64,000 nucleotides of DNA. Origin: Candidatus Collierbacteria bacterium RIFOXYD2_FULL_45_13. GTDB taxonomy: Bacteria; Patescibacteriota; Microgenomatia; UBA1400; MFAQ01. The stretch spans positions 351,557-415,556 of the forward strand of contig MFAS01000001.1 of NCBI GenBank assembly GCA_001774685.1, in the 5' to 3' direction. Made by a program: the position numbers and the translations under genes. The notes under the pieces are model-generated. The model saw only the letters and a program-made list of their open reading frames with translations, did no database searches and was not told where the DNA came from. Shown one piece after another: positions 1 through 8,687 of this stretch. Within the stretch, counting starts at the first letter, position 1; every line of letters starts with the position of its first letter.

Positions 1-252
1 GGGTCTCTGGGATCGTCTGATCCCTCCATGTCTCGTCTCGTGGGCAAAGTAGTTAGTTATGCCGTCATGACGTTTTTCATTCTAGCCGCCCTTTCTCAGT
101 TGGGCATTGCTACTTTTTTCATCAATACGGTTTTTGTAGGCTTTATCATGGCCATTGCCCTTGCTCTAGGACTCAGTCTGGGTCTTGGTGCCAAAGATAT
201 TACCAAGAAGGTTCTCGAGGATTGGTACAAAAAAATCGATAAACAAGGTTAA
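1..252 (+). CDS. Membrane protein, C-terminal part (TM-helix / small mechanosensitive channel-like), probably truncated by the window edge
   Basis: Hydrophobic ORF ending ALALGLSLGLGAKD, typical of the CmpX/MscS TM_helix family. Confidence 0.6.
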   Translation, partial: GSLGSSDPSMSRLVGKVVSYAVMTFFILAALSQLGIATFFINTVFVGFIMAIALALGLSLGLGAKDITKKVLEDWYKKIDKQG

Positions 253-800
253 ATTTGATCAGTCCTGCTCTCAATTGCTTTAATTAGAAGACTAGCAGTT
301 CTCAGAGTTGCTCTTGGAAAATTTTTTTCCAAAGTCAAATACATATTTGCTCCCATGTTTCTGTATCTATCACTGTCATAATGGAGTGTCAGTTCTGTCT
401 GACCATCGTCAGTTATTCTAGCCTGCGAAGTCCAAGTTCCGTCAGGTCGTCTTTCGCCGATAATCCAAGAACTAACCCCCTCTCTTTCGACTACGATACT
501 TGATTTTTCTCCGGTAATTGAATCTTCCATCACATCTGTCACCATATCTCCAAGGTTGGTGATTTTTTCTCGAATCTTTGCCCAACTCAGTTGAAAGTCC
601 TCCATCGGTCCATTCTTTAAGTCTTTGCTCATATCAGCCACAATCAGGGCTCTCGCTTTTGCCTCATCAATTTTGGGCGGAAAAGACTTTAGGCGTTCTA
701 GCGCCCATTTTTTTGCAATTCGTAACGTTTCTTTTTGCTCTTCTAATTTACTTCTTCTTTCAACTATGGGAACAATATCGCTATCAAATCTTTTCTCCAT
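249..800 (-). CDS. Hypothetical protein
   Basis: 183-aa ORF with a TAAAAT-like -10 just upstream of the ATG. Confidence 0.6.
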   Translation of the reverse strand: MEKRFDSDIVPIVERRSKLEEQKETLRIAKKWALERLKSFPPKIDEAKARALIVADMSKDLKNGPMEDFQLSWAKIREKITNLGDMVTDVMEDSITGEKSSIVVEREGVSSWIIGERRPDGTWTSQARITDDGQTELTLHYDSDRYRNMGANMYLTLEKNFPRATLRTASLLIKAIESRTDQI

Positions 801-878
801 GATAATCTATATTTTAGGGTATCGCACCAAAAAACCCAAGATAGATTGCTCGCACTTGGGCTCTTGGATCGAACCAAA

Positions 879-1019
879 TTACTTGGCGCCGATTTTAAAC
901 ATCTTGGTTCCACAAACGGGGCAAACAGCTTTGACGGCTGGTTTACCATTTTTCATGGTAACTCTCTCGAATTCGGTTACGTCTCTTTTGGCTCTGCATT
1001 TTACACAATAGATCTGCAT
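879..1019 (-). CDS. Small zinc-ribbon protein (DUF5679-like), 46 aa, not in the ORF track
   Basis: Manual translation MQIYCVKCRAKRDVTEFERVTMKNGKPAVKAVCPVCGTKMFKIGAK; two CxxC motifs; SD-like AGGGGGTGA upstream. Confidence 0.85.
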   Translation of the reverse strand: MQIYCVKCRAKRDVTEFERVTMKNGKPAVKAVCPVCGTKMFKIGAK

Positions 1020-1046
1020 TTACTTGGTTCACCCCCTTTCTTTTTG

Positions 1047-1289
1047 TTAGTGCCTGGACAAATAACTCCAAATAGCTAGCTCCAAGGCTAGGACAAGCAT
1101 AGTCAGGATCGCAGTCTTTGTCAAGTCTGCCTTGAAAAATCTTGCACCTTCTCTGTCGAGCTCAGTTTTAATTATCGGCTTATTTGTTGTCAGCCACTCG
1201 TCCTTAATGGCAAATCCTTCGGCCTGTTGTTTTCTTTCTTGAGATATGATTTTTTCTCGTTTCGTTTTTCTTTGTCTGCTCATGCTCAA
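1047..1289 (-). CDS. Hypothetical protein with a C-terminal TM helix
   Basis: 80-aa ORF, basic N-terminus, hydrophobic C-terminus. Confidence 0.6.
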   Translation of the reverse strand: MSMSRQRKTKREKIISQERKQQAEGFAIKDEWLTTNKPIIKTELDREGARFFKADLTKTAILTMLVLALELAIWSYLSRH

Positions 1290-1322
1290 TATTATATCTT
1301 TATATAGTAAAATGAATCCACT

Positions 1323-1775
1323 ATGGTACCGGCCAGTTTATTTTATGCGATTTTTGCCATTTGGCTGTTTGTCCTTACTTTCCTTTTGATTCGGCTGGTG
1401 GTTCATTATAACCGTCTCACAGCCGATGTATCCAAAAAAGATCTTATTTCGTCACTCAATCATCTAATCGACAACTTAGACCGAAATACTGACGATATCA
1501 ATTCTCTTCAAGAGAAACTCTCCTCCGAAGTTAACGAAAACAAAAAACACCTACAGCGTTTGGGTTTTAGGCGCTACAATCCCTTCACCGATACCGGCGG
1601 AGACCAAAGCTTTTCGGCTGCCTTTCTTGATGATAATGGGGACGGTATTATGATAAGCTCTTTACATAGTCGGGAAAATACCCGGCTCTATGCTAAAAAA
1701 GTTGAGGGAGGCAAGGTTACCAGCCAGGCTCTCTCCAAAGAAGAACAAGAAGTTATCAACGAAGCCATAAAATAA
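1323..1775 (+). CDS. DUF4446 family protein
   Basis: N-terminal TM, coiled coil, RYNPFxDTGGDQSFS and SLHSRENTRLYAK motifs. Confidence 0.85.
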   Translation: MVPASLFYAIFAIWLFVLTFLLIRLVVHYNRLTADVSKKDLISSLNHLIDNLDRNTDDINSLQEKLSSEVNENKKHLQRLGFRRYNPFTDTGGDQSFSAAFLDDNGDGIMISSLHSRENTRLYAKKVEGGKVTSQALSKEEQEVINEAIK

Positions 1776-1784
1776 ACATAATTT

Positions 1785-2987
1785 ATGAAACTCAGCTCCA
1801 AAACTATAGTCTCGTTAGTCATTACCTTTTTTGTTTCTGCCGGCTTAGCCTACGCAGTAGTGCCTTCCAACGGTGGGGGACTCGTTTCTCCGCAAGCTGA
1901 AACTCCCACCGAGAAAAAATCAGCCGGTTTTGGCCAATTTGCGGATGAGCCAAAGACCGAGGCCTGTCCACTGAACGGGAAGCTTTATTCGAAATCCGAA
2001 AAAACCTTGTGGGAAGCCAGGCGCCCCATCTTAGCCATGATCGAAAATGATATTCACGCCCGCCCACAGTCCGGACTTGCCTCGGCTGACATAGTTTATG
2101 AAGCAGTCGCCGAAGGGGGTATTACCCGTTTTATGGGTGTCTTCTATTGTGGAGCTCAGGCTGATACCGCCAAAGTCGCTCCTGTCAGAAGTGCCCGTAT
2201 ATATTTTGTAAACATTGCGGCCGAGTACAATACTCCCATTTATATGCATGTTGGTGGCGGCAACTGTAGTGCGGATGCGGCTAGTGGTCAATGCACTTCG
2301 AACAAAAAAGCCTTCGCCCTGGAGGAGTTAGTCAAGCTTGGTTGGAGGAAGGCCGGGGGTAACGATTTCGATACTATCGGCGATATCGGTATTCCGGTCA
2401 TGAAAAGAGACTATCAGCGCCTAGGTGCCGGAGTTGAGATTGCTACCGAGCATACTTATGTCGGGTATCTCTCTCACGCCTGGAGAGAAGCCGAAAAGCG
2501 TGGTTATAACCACCTGACGCCAAGTGGCAAGACCTGGCTCTCCGGAGTTAAATTGTGGAAAACCGGCACTTCTGATATAGCGGGACAGCCAGCCCAAAAT
2601 ATCAAATACGATTTTTGGTCAAACTACAAAGACTTTACTGTAGACTGGAAATACGACCCAACAACCAAGGAGTATCTAAGAAACCAAGGATCAGTCTCCC
2701 ATCTCGATCTAGAAACAGGCAAGCAAATTACTGTCCCCAACATCCTCGTGCAGTTTGCCAAGGAAGAAGGCCCTCTTGATGAACACAAACACATGTTCTA
2801 CACCGTGATTGGTGAGGGAACGGGATTGTACTTCACTGGGGGACAGGCTGTTGAAATTAAATGGAAGAAATCCAAGCAGATGGAGAGAACCATTTTTACC
2901 GACAAATCAGGCAAGGAGATTACCTTCACTCCAGGTGCCATTTGGATAAGTATTTTACCCATTGGCAACAAAGTAGTTTACAATTAA
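1785..2987 (+). CDS. DUF3048 / YerB-like exported protein
   Basis: MIEN..ARPQSGL..ADIVYEAVAEGGITRF and PVRSAR motifs. Confidence 0.85.
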   Translation: MKLSSKTIVSLVITFFVSAGLAYAVVPSNGGGLVSPQAETPTEKKSAGFGQFADEPKTEACPLNGKLYSKSEKTLWEARRPILAMIENDIHARPQSGLASADIVYEAVAEGGITRFMGVFYCGAQADTAKVAPVRSARIYFVNIAAEYNTPIYMHVGGGNCSADAASGQCTSNKKAFALEELVKLGWRKAGGNDFDTIGDIGIPVMKRDYQRLGAGVEIATEHTYVGYLSHAWREAEKRGYNHLTPSGKTWLSGVKLWKTGTSDIAGQPAQNIKYDFWSNYKDFTVDWKYDPTTKEYLRNQGSVSHLDLETGKQITVPNILVQFAKEEGPLDEHKHMFYTVIGEGTGLYFTGGQAVEIKWKKSKQMERTIFTDKSGKEITFTPGAIWISILPIGNKVVYN

Positions 2988-3007
2988 GGTCTAGGCCTGC
3001 CCCAAAT

Positions 3008-3589
3008 ATGGCCAAATTATCTGATCTAATAATTTCCAAAGTAAGAGTCAAACTCTTAAAATTATTTCTTTCTCAGACGAAAGAAATGTTTTACGTCCGT
3101 GAACTTACTCGCCTAACCAAGGAGGAAATCAATGCGGTCAGAAGAGAGCTTGATCACCTTCAAAAAGCCGGTCTGCTTACGAGCGAAAAACGGGGGAACC
3201 GTCTTTATTATTCGGTCAAAACTGCTTACGCTCTATATCCCGAGCTCACCAATCTCGTTATCAAGTCTACAGGCTTCGGTCGTTTGGTGATAAAAAATCG
3301 CAGCAAACTCGGCTTTGTAAAGTTTGCGTTTGTTTCACAAAAACTTTCCCGCGGACTCAAGCGTGACCCAGACGAAGTTGATCTCATGATCATCGGCAAG
3401 GTCATTATGCCCCAGGTGTCTTTAATCGTTAAGCAAATCGAGAAAATGCTAAACACCGAATTAAATTATTCGTGTATGACCGAAGAAGAGTTCAATTACC
3501 GCAAGTCCCACAAAGACCCCTTTATCGTCAAAGTTCTTCTTCAGTCAAGAATTACCCTGATCGGGGATGAAATTCAATTACTCAGTTGA
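3008..3589 (+). CDS. Winged-helix regulator fused to a nucleotidyltransferase-like domain
   Basis: Start MAKLSDL; HTH (YVRELTRLT..EINAVRRELDHL); C-terminal DEVDLMIIG. Confidence 0.7.
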   Translation: MAKLSDLIISKVRVKLLKLFLSQTKEMFYVRELTRLTKEEINAVRRELDHLQKAGLLTSEKRGNRLYYSVKTAYALYPELTNLVIKSTGFGRLVIKNRSKLGFVKFAFVSQKLSRGLKRDPDEVDLMIIGKVIMPQVSLIVKQIEKMLNTELNYSCMTEEEFNYRKSHKDPFIVKVLLQSRITLIGDEIQLLS

Positions 3590-3795
3590 TGCCCACTCAA
3601 AAGATTTTAAAAGTCGGAAACTCACTGGGGGTCACCCTGCCTTCCAGTTTGGTAAAAAGTTTATCGCTTAAGCCGGGGGATCAAGTGGAGGTACTTAACA
3701 ATCTAAATAACTCCCTTACCCTGAATTTTATAGACAGCCACCAGCTCAGCTTAGGTCTTTCATCGATAAAAAAAGCGGCAAAAAAACTTATATAA
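3586..3795 (+). CDS. AbrB/MazE/SpoVT family DNA-binding protein
   Basis: KVGNSLGVTLP...LKPGDQV motif. Confidence 0.85.
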   Translation: MMPTQKILKVGNSLGVTLPSSLVKSLSLKPGDQVEVLNNLNNSLTLNFIDSHQLSLGLSSIKKAAKKLI

Positions 3796-3820
3796 TCAAA
3801 TCGTTCGAGTAAAATAATCT

Positions 3821-5161
3821 ATGACGTTTTCCAAACCACAAAAGATTTCTTTCGCCATTCTAATTCTGACTCTCATCTCACTTTACATAATCCTACCCAC
3901 CAAATTGGGAAACTTTTCTATGCCTCGAATAAACTTCAAGATTGGTAATCTAGACTTTTCAAAAGAAATTGAACTTAAGCAAGGCCTGGATATCAAGGGG
4001 GGTTTACAGGTAGTTCTAAATGCGGACATGAAAGACATCGCTGGTGGTGATCGAACCTCTGCCCTGGAGTCACTCAAAGAAGTCATCGGACGTCGCGTTG
4101 ACCTCTTCGGAGTCTCGGAGTCTGGTGTCAAAACTGCCATATCGGGAAACGATTATCGTCTAATCTTAGAGCTTCCTGGGGTGACGGACCCCGAGCAAGC
4201 TCTCACTTTGATTGGCCAGACAGCCAAAATGGTTTTTGCTCTTCCCATATACACTCCCGGGGCTACCGCTACCGACTCTGCTACACTGACCGGTTTTGAG
4301 CCGACAGACCTTACCGGTGCCGATCTTGCACGGGCTCAAGTTACTTTTGAGTCGGAAGATCGTAGTCCTGCCGTCTCCATTACCTTTAAGGACTCCGGTA
4401 AAAATAAATTTTCTCAACTCACCAAAGAAAACATCGGTAAACCGGTTGCCATCCTATTGGACGGGTATCCCATTACCATGCCTACTGTCCAAGCCGAAAT
4501 TGACAGTGGTAATGCTGTGATCACCGGAAAGTTTTCCACCGAAGAAGCTAAATCCCTTGCCATTCAGCTCAATGCGGGAGCTCTGCCGGTCCCGGTTTCT
4601 ATCCTTAGTCAGAAAAACATTCCGGCCACCCTCGGGGCTGACTCCATCAAGAAAAGTGTTACCGCCGGCGCCATCGGCCTCTTTATGGTTATCTTTTTTA
4701 TGGTTGCTTACTACGGCAGGATGGGTTTTATTGCCTCTATCGGTCTTGTTTTATACGGAATCTTTACCTTGACTCTTTACAAACTTATTCCGGTAGTTTT
4801 GAGTCTTCCTGGCATTGCCGGCTTTCTCCTTTCGGTTGGCATGGCGGTCGATAGCAACATTTTGGTTTTTGAAAGATACAAGGAAGAAATAAGGGCAGGG
4901 AGAGACTGGCGAGTAGCTCTGGAGCTGGCATTCGGCCGGGCCTGGGACTCCATCAAAGACGCGAACACGGCTACTATTATCACCGGATTAATTCTATTTA
5001 ATCCACTGGACTGGAGTTTTTTAAATACTTCCGGTTCTGTTAGAGGCTTTGCCTTAACCTTAATTCTTGGAATCTTTATTTCTCTTTTCACAGGCATCGT
5101 GGTCACCAGGAATCTACTCCGTCTTTTCTTCAAAGACAAACCACGAACCAACAACAAATAA
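3821..5161 (+). CDS. secD: Protein translocase subunit SecD
   Basis: GLDIKGG, RRVDLFGVSE, GMAVDSNILVFER motifs. Confidence 0.97.
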   Translation: MTFSKPQKISFAILILTLISLYIILPTKLGNFSMPRINFKIGNLDFSKEIELKQGLDIKGGLQVVLNADMKDIAGGDRTSALESLKEVIGRRVDLFGVSESGVKTAISGNDYRLILELPGVTDPEQALTLIGQTAKMVFALPIYTPGATATDSATLTGFEPTDLTGADLARAQVTFESEDRSPAVSITFKDSGKNKFSQLTKENIGKPVAILLDGYPITMPTVQAEIDSGNAVITGKFSTEEAKSLAIQLNAGALPVPVSILSQKNIPATLGADSIKKSVTAGAIGLFMVIFFMVAYYGRMGFIASIGLVLYGIFTLTLYKLIPVVLSLPGIAGFLLSVGMAVDSNILVFERYKEEIRAGRDWRVALELAFGRAWDSIKDANTATIITGLILFNPLDWSFLNTSGSVRGFALTLILGIFISLFTGIVVTRNLLRLFFKDKPRTNNK

Positions 5162-5188
5162 CTAATAACTACAAACTCTTAACCCAAT
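5140..5188 (+). repeat. Degenerate 7-bp tandem repeat, 7 units, spanning the secD stop codon
   Basis: accacga accaaca acaaata actaata actacaa actctta acccaat. Confidence 0.7.
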
Positions 5189-6046
5189 ATGAACTGGATG
5201 AAATACCTCTCGCTTTATTTCCTTATCTCCGCCATCGTCATCCTTCCTGGCATCTACTCCCTCGTGCGATTCGGGCTCAAACCGTCCATAGAGTTTACCG
5301 GTGGCTCCCGTTTTACTCTGGTACAGTCAAAATCAACTCCAGACACAATTCTTCAATCATTCAAAGAATACACACCCGTTCTCGAGAGCTCAGACAACAA
5401 CAGTTTAACTATAAAGTCAAAAGAAATATCCCAGGAATCGGTTCAAAAAATTCTTGAAACGCTCAAGCCGGACAGCCCGGAAATCAAACTTACTGATTTC
5501 GAAACCATCGGTCCCGCCCTCGGCAAAGAAACCATCAAAAAAACAGCCAACGCTTTGATCATCGCCTCTTTTCTCTTATTGGCCTACATTAGTCTGGCCT
5601 TCAAACAATTAAAGTACGGCATTTGTGCCGTCTTGGCCATGTTTCACGATACAGCCGTTCTATTGGGATCATTTTCTTTGCTCGGTTATTTCTGGGGGAT
5701 AGAGGTTGACCTCCTATTTGTTACCGCCATCTTAACGATTCTCTCTTTCTCTGTTCACGACACCATTGTCGTCTACGACCGGATAAGGGAATTAAGCCAT
5801 AAACACAAAAACACCGACTATGTTTCGTTGATCAATCAGGCTGTCACCGAAACCATGGCCAGATCTCTAAACAATTCATTGACTATTATTTTTATGCTCC
5901 TTGCCATGTTCCTTATTGGTGGTGAAACTACTAAATATTTTTCCCTGGCTCTTCTCATCGGTACCATTACCGGAACTTACTCCTCAACCTTTACCGCCGC
6001 TCCGCTTCTCATCTTCTGGGAAAAGCATTTTTCCAAGAATAAATGA
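5189..6046 (+). CDS. secF: Protein translocase subunit SecF
   Basis: IEFTGG, FSVHDTIVVYDRIRE motifs; follows secD. Confidence 0.97.
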   Translation: MNWMKYLSLYFLISAIVILPGIYSLVRFGLKPSIEFTGGSRFTLVQSKSTPDTILQSFKEYTPVLESSDNNSLTIKSKEISQESVQKILETLKPDSPEIKLTDFETIGPALGKETIKKTANALIIASFLLLAYISLAFKQLKYGICAVLAMFHDTAVLLGSFSLLGYFWGIEVDLLFVTAILTILSFSVHDTIVVYDRIRELSHKHKNTDYVSLINQAVTETMARSLNNSLTIIFMLLAMFLIGGETTKYFSLALLIGTITGTYSSTFTAAPLLIFWEKHFSKNK

Positions 6047-6085
6047 TACAATTCCCGACAGTACTTTATCAAATTAGGAGGTCGA

Positions 6086-6328
6086 ATGCCCACAATTTAC
6101 TTTGAAATCATCGGTTGGGTCGGGACGATTGCCATCATGGTTGCTTATTGGTTAGTCTCCATCGGCAAAATCTCTCCGGTTTCCAAAACCTACCAGCTTC
6201 TTAACCTGTTCGGTGCCGGCTTTGTGATTATAAACGTAGTTTTTCATGGGGCTCTTCCCTCGGTTGCCCTCAACACCATCTGGTTCTTTATCGCCCTCTT
6301 TGGACTTTTCCAAAAGTCCAAAAAATGA
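6086..6328 (+). CDS. Small membrane protein (CBU_0592-like)
   Basis: IIGWVG..AY...YQLLNLFGA...LNTIW pattern; AGGAGG SD upstream. Confidence 0.75.
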   Translation: MPTIYFEIIGWVGTIAIMVAYWLVSIGKISPVSKTYQLLNLFGAGFVIINVVFHGALPSVALNTIWFFIALFGLFQKSKK

Positions 6329-6334
6329 GATCCT

Positions 6335-6359
6335 TCCCCCGTTCCATCGGGGGATTTTT
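6335..6359 (+). terminator. Probable intrinsic terminator
   Basis: ccccg-ttccat-cgggg hairpin followed by a T run, between convergent genes. Confidence 0.5.
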
Positions 6360-6365
6360 ATAATT

Positions 6366-7052
6366 CTATGTGGTTGCCAGATAATAAGGAGGTTCTGGGG
6401 CTTTGGCAGCAAAAGGTGAAACCATGCCCACCAAGTAAGGTAGTTCACGTCCTTTATCCCCGGGCAAATCACAGCCCAAACCACCAACCCAGATGTCAGG
6501 ATGGACCATAAAAGCCGTTACCAGGTTCGGGATACCGACAGGTCCCCCTCCAGTTTTAGAAACATAAGCAAAAGTATGGTAGTTGGGATAATCAAGTTTT
6601 TGGCTGATTTCTAAACTGACTTTGTCTATCATGGCATTTATCTCTGCCATCGCCGCCAGCACCGTTGCTTGAGAATCCACTACGCACTCCGTAAAGACTA
6701 CCGGTCTGGTTACCCCATCTGGAGACAGTATTCTGGTAATATCCGGTGGTGCGATGCAAACGGGAGACGGCAGTCGACTGGTATCTTCTCGGTAATAGGA
6801 CATTTGCATGGGGTTCAATCGTACCTTGAGATGGTCGGTTAGTTCGCGTCCAAGTCTCGTACCGCTCTTCAGAATTGGAATTACGGATACTTCGTGTGGG
6901 TTTGGGAAGGTTGTGGAAAAGATTCTTCTCAGCCTTTTCAGAGCCAGTCTGCATTCTTCCTCGGTAACTATTGTTATCGCTTCCTCAGGTGTTCTGGCCT
7001 TCTCGATTTTATTTGTTCCGGAACCATGTAATTCTTTTTCTGATATCGTCAT
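6366..7052 (-). CDS. Phosphoribosyltransferase (HPRT-like, divergent)
   Basis: PILKSG, SYY, FTECVVDSQAT (PRPP loop), GLGCD..GRELPY. Confidence 0.7.
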   Translation of the reverse strand: MTISEKELHGSGTNKIEKARTPEEAITIVTEEECRLALKRLRRIFSTTFPNPHEVSVIPILKSGTRLGRELTDHLKVRLNPMQMSYYREDTSRLPSPVCIAPPDITRILSPDGVTRPVVFTECVVDSQATVLAAMAEINAMIDKVSLEISQKLDYPNYHTFAYVSKTGGGPVGIPNLVTAFMVHPDIWVGGLGCDLPGDKGRELPYLVGMVSPFAAKAPEPPYYLATT

Positions 7053-7060
7053 TCCTCATT

Positions 7061-8194
7061 CTACTCCAAGGGATCCAAGAACCCCAAAGCATCATAAATA
7101 GTCTTGCTTTTGGTATGGAGCATTAGCTCCAACGCCTTAGGGGTGTCGAGATCTTGGTTCATAATATCGACAAACTTTGTTTTTCCGGTAGCGCGAAGTT
7201 TGCCAACCAAACCCCTTAACCTTTTTTCTGCCATGGCCAATTCCTCCTCTCTGTACTCCCAATTTTCTCGATAATGATGAGACAAAAGTAAAAAGCGAAC
7301 TGCATTGGCAGAGTATTTTTCCAATAAACGGGAAACCATTACCAAATTGCCTTTTGACTTACTCACTTTTTCCCCTTCATAGAATACTTGTCCGGTGTGT
7401 ATCCAATACTTTGCAAACGGAATTTTTTCCGTTGAGCCTTCACTTTGAATTATTTCCGCTTCATGGTGAGGAAAAACCAAATCCTTTCCTCCTCCGTGAA
7501 TATCTATCTGTTTCCCCAGAGAGCCGATGCTCATAGCAGAACACTCAATATGCCACCCCGGCCTACCTTTTCCAAAAGGACTTTCAAATGATGGTATGTG
7601 TATTTGCTGGTGTGGCTCGGTCGCCCTCCACAGAGTAATGTCAAGCGGGTTTCTCTTGTTAGGGTTATTAACGTCCTCCTCGAAGTTCTTTGCCATTTTT
7701 AGCATCTGAGCTTCTGTTAGCCTGGAAAGCTTCCCATAGCCCTTTTTCTTTGTAATGTCCAAATAAACACTATTGTTGTGTGAATAGGCAATTCCTCTTT
7801 CTAAGAGTCGCTGGATCAAGGAAACCATTATCTCAATACTCTCGGACGCTTTCAGGTAATGTGTGGGTGCCGTCCAGTTTAGGTCTTGCATATCCCTCAA
7901 AAACTTTTCTGTCCAAAAAGTAGCCAGGTCAGACCAGGAAATGTTTTGTATTCGCGCCCTCTCCAGAATATCCCCGTCTCTATCATTAATATCCGTAATA
8001 TTTTGCGAATATATCACCTCATACCCACGAAGTTTAAGAAATCGGATTAATGCATCAAAGCTGATGTATGTAAATGCATGTCCCAGATGGGTTGTGTCAT
8101 ACGGAGTAATCCCACAGACATATATCGTGACCTTTTTAGGAATAATTGTTGAGAACACACCCATCTTTCGGGTGAGAGAGTTGTAAATATACAT
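7061..8194 (-). CDS. Cysteine--tRNA ligase-like protein, short and MshC-like
   Basis: YVCGITPYDTTHLGH, GRPGWHIECS, DIHGGGKDLVFPHHE, KVSKSKGN; C-terminal anticodon domain largely absent. Confidence 0.85.
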   Translation of the reverse strand: MYIYNSLTRKMGVFSTIIPKKVTIYVCGITPYDTTHLGHAFTYISFDALIRFLKLRGYEVIYSQNITDINDRDGDILERARIQNISWSDLATFWTEKFLRDMQDLNWTAPTHYLKASESIEIMVSLIQRLLERGIAYSHNNSVYLDITKKKGYGKLSRLTEAQMLKMAKNFEEDVNNPNKRNPLDITLWRATEPHQQIHIPSFESPFGKGRPGWHIECSAMSIGSLGKQIDIHGGGKDLVFPHHEAEIIQSEGSTEKIPFAKYWIHTGQVFYEGEKVSKSKGNLVMVSRLLEKYSANAVRFLLLSHHYRENWEYREEELAMAEKRLRGLVGKLRATGKTKFVDIMNQDLDTPKALELMLHTKSKTIYDALGFLDPLE

Positions 8195-8315
8195 ACCAAA
8201 AACTAGTATATTACTTTCACCAAAAAACACTAAGTTGAGTCACGATCCACCTCACCACCTGGCTCGATTTTCGAACTCTTGGTCGCAAACGATAGAACTT
8301 AGAGTTTATCCAAAA

Positions 8316-8621
8316 CTATATTTTGCCAATAAATAGCAGAATCAAAGCCACTACAGTCATAGCTGCAAAGATAGCTACAGTCTTAACAAATAGATTGATT
8401 GCCTCTTTTTTCTTACCGTCAATAAATAGCAGAAGGGGTTGGTAGAAAAACATGAACGCCATTACTACCACGGACAGGGTAAGTACCGATAAAAATACAA
8501 TTGGAGCAAAAAAAGTATCAGGCTTATTCTTTAGAGGCTGAGTCGCGAACGTCAGGGTCGTAACGACGAATATTATGTAGGTTAATGCCCCAAAGGCATT
8601 AATAATAGGATTCTTAGACAT
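8316..8621 (-). CDS. Hypothetical membrane protein
   Basis: Three hydrophobic segments; TATACT -10 just upstream. Confidence 0.7.
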   Translation of the reverse strand: MSKNPIINAFGALTYIIFVVTTLTFATQPLKNKPDTFFAPIVFLSVLTLSVVVMAFMFFYQPLLLFIDGKKKEAINLFVKTVAIFAAMTVVALILLFIGKI

Positions 8622-8687
8622 AATGTTAAGTATACTAAATTGGCTCGCAAGATAGGTTTTTCGAAACCTTACCTCACCGGTTTATTG

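Noticed and set aside
3008-3795. wHTH-NTase plus AbrB as a toxin-antitoxin pair
   Set aside because: No toxin (HEPN, PIN or MazF) gene is adjacent and the NTase motif is degenerate.
8231-8687. Shared short words (cctcacc, tggctcg, ttttcgaa) flanking the 8316-8621 gene as cassette ends
   Set aside because: The matches are 7-8 bp and in a different order; only a plain hairpin (aggttt-ttcg-aaacct) is supported.
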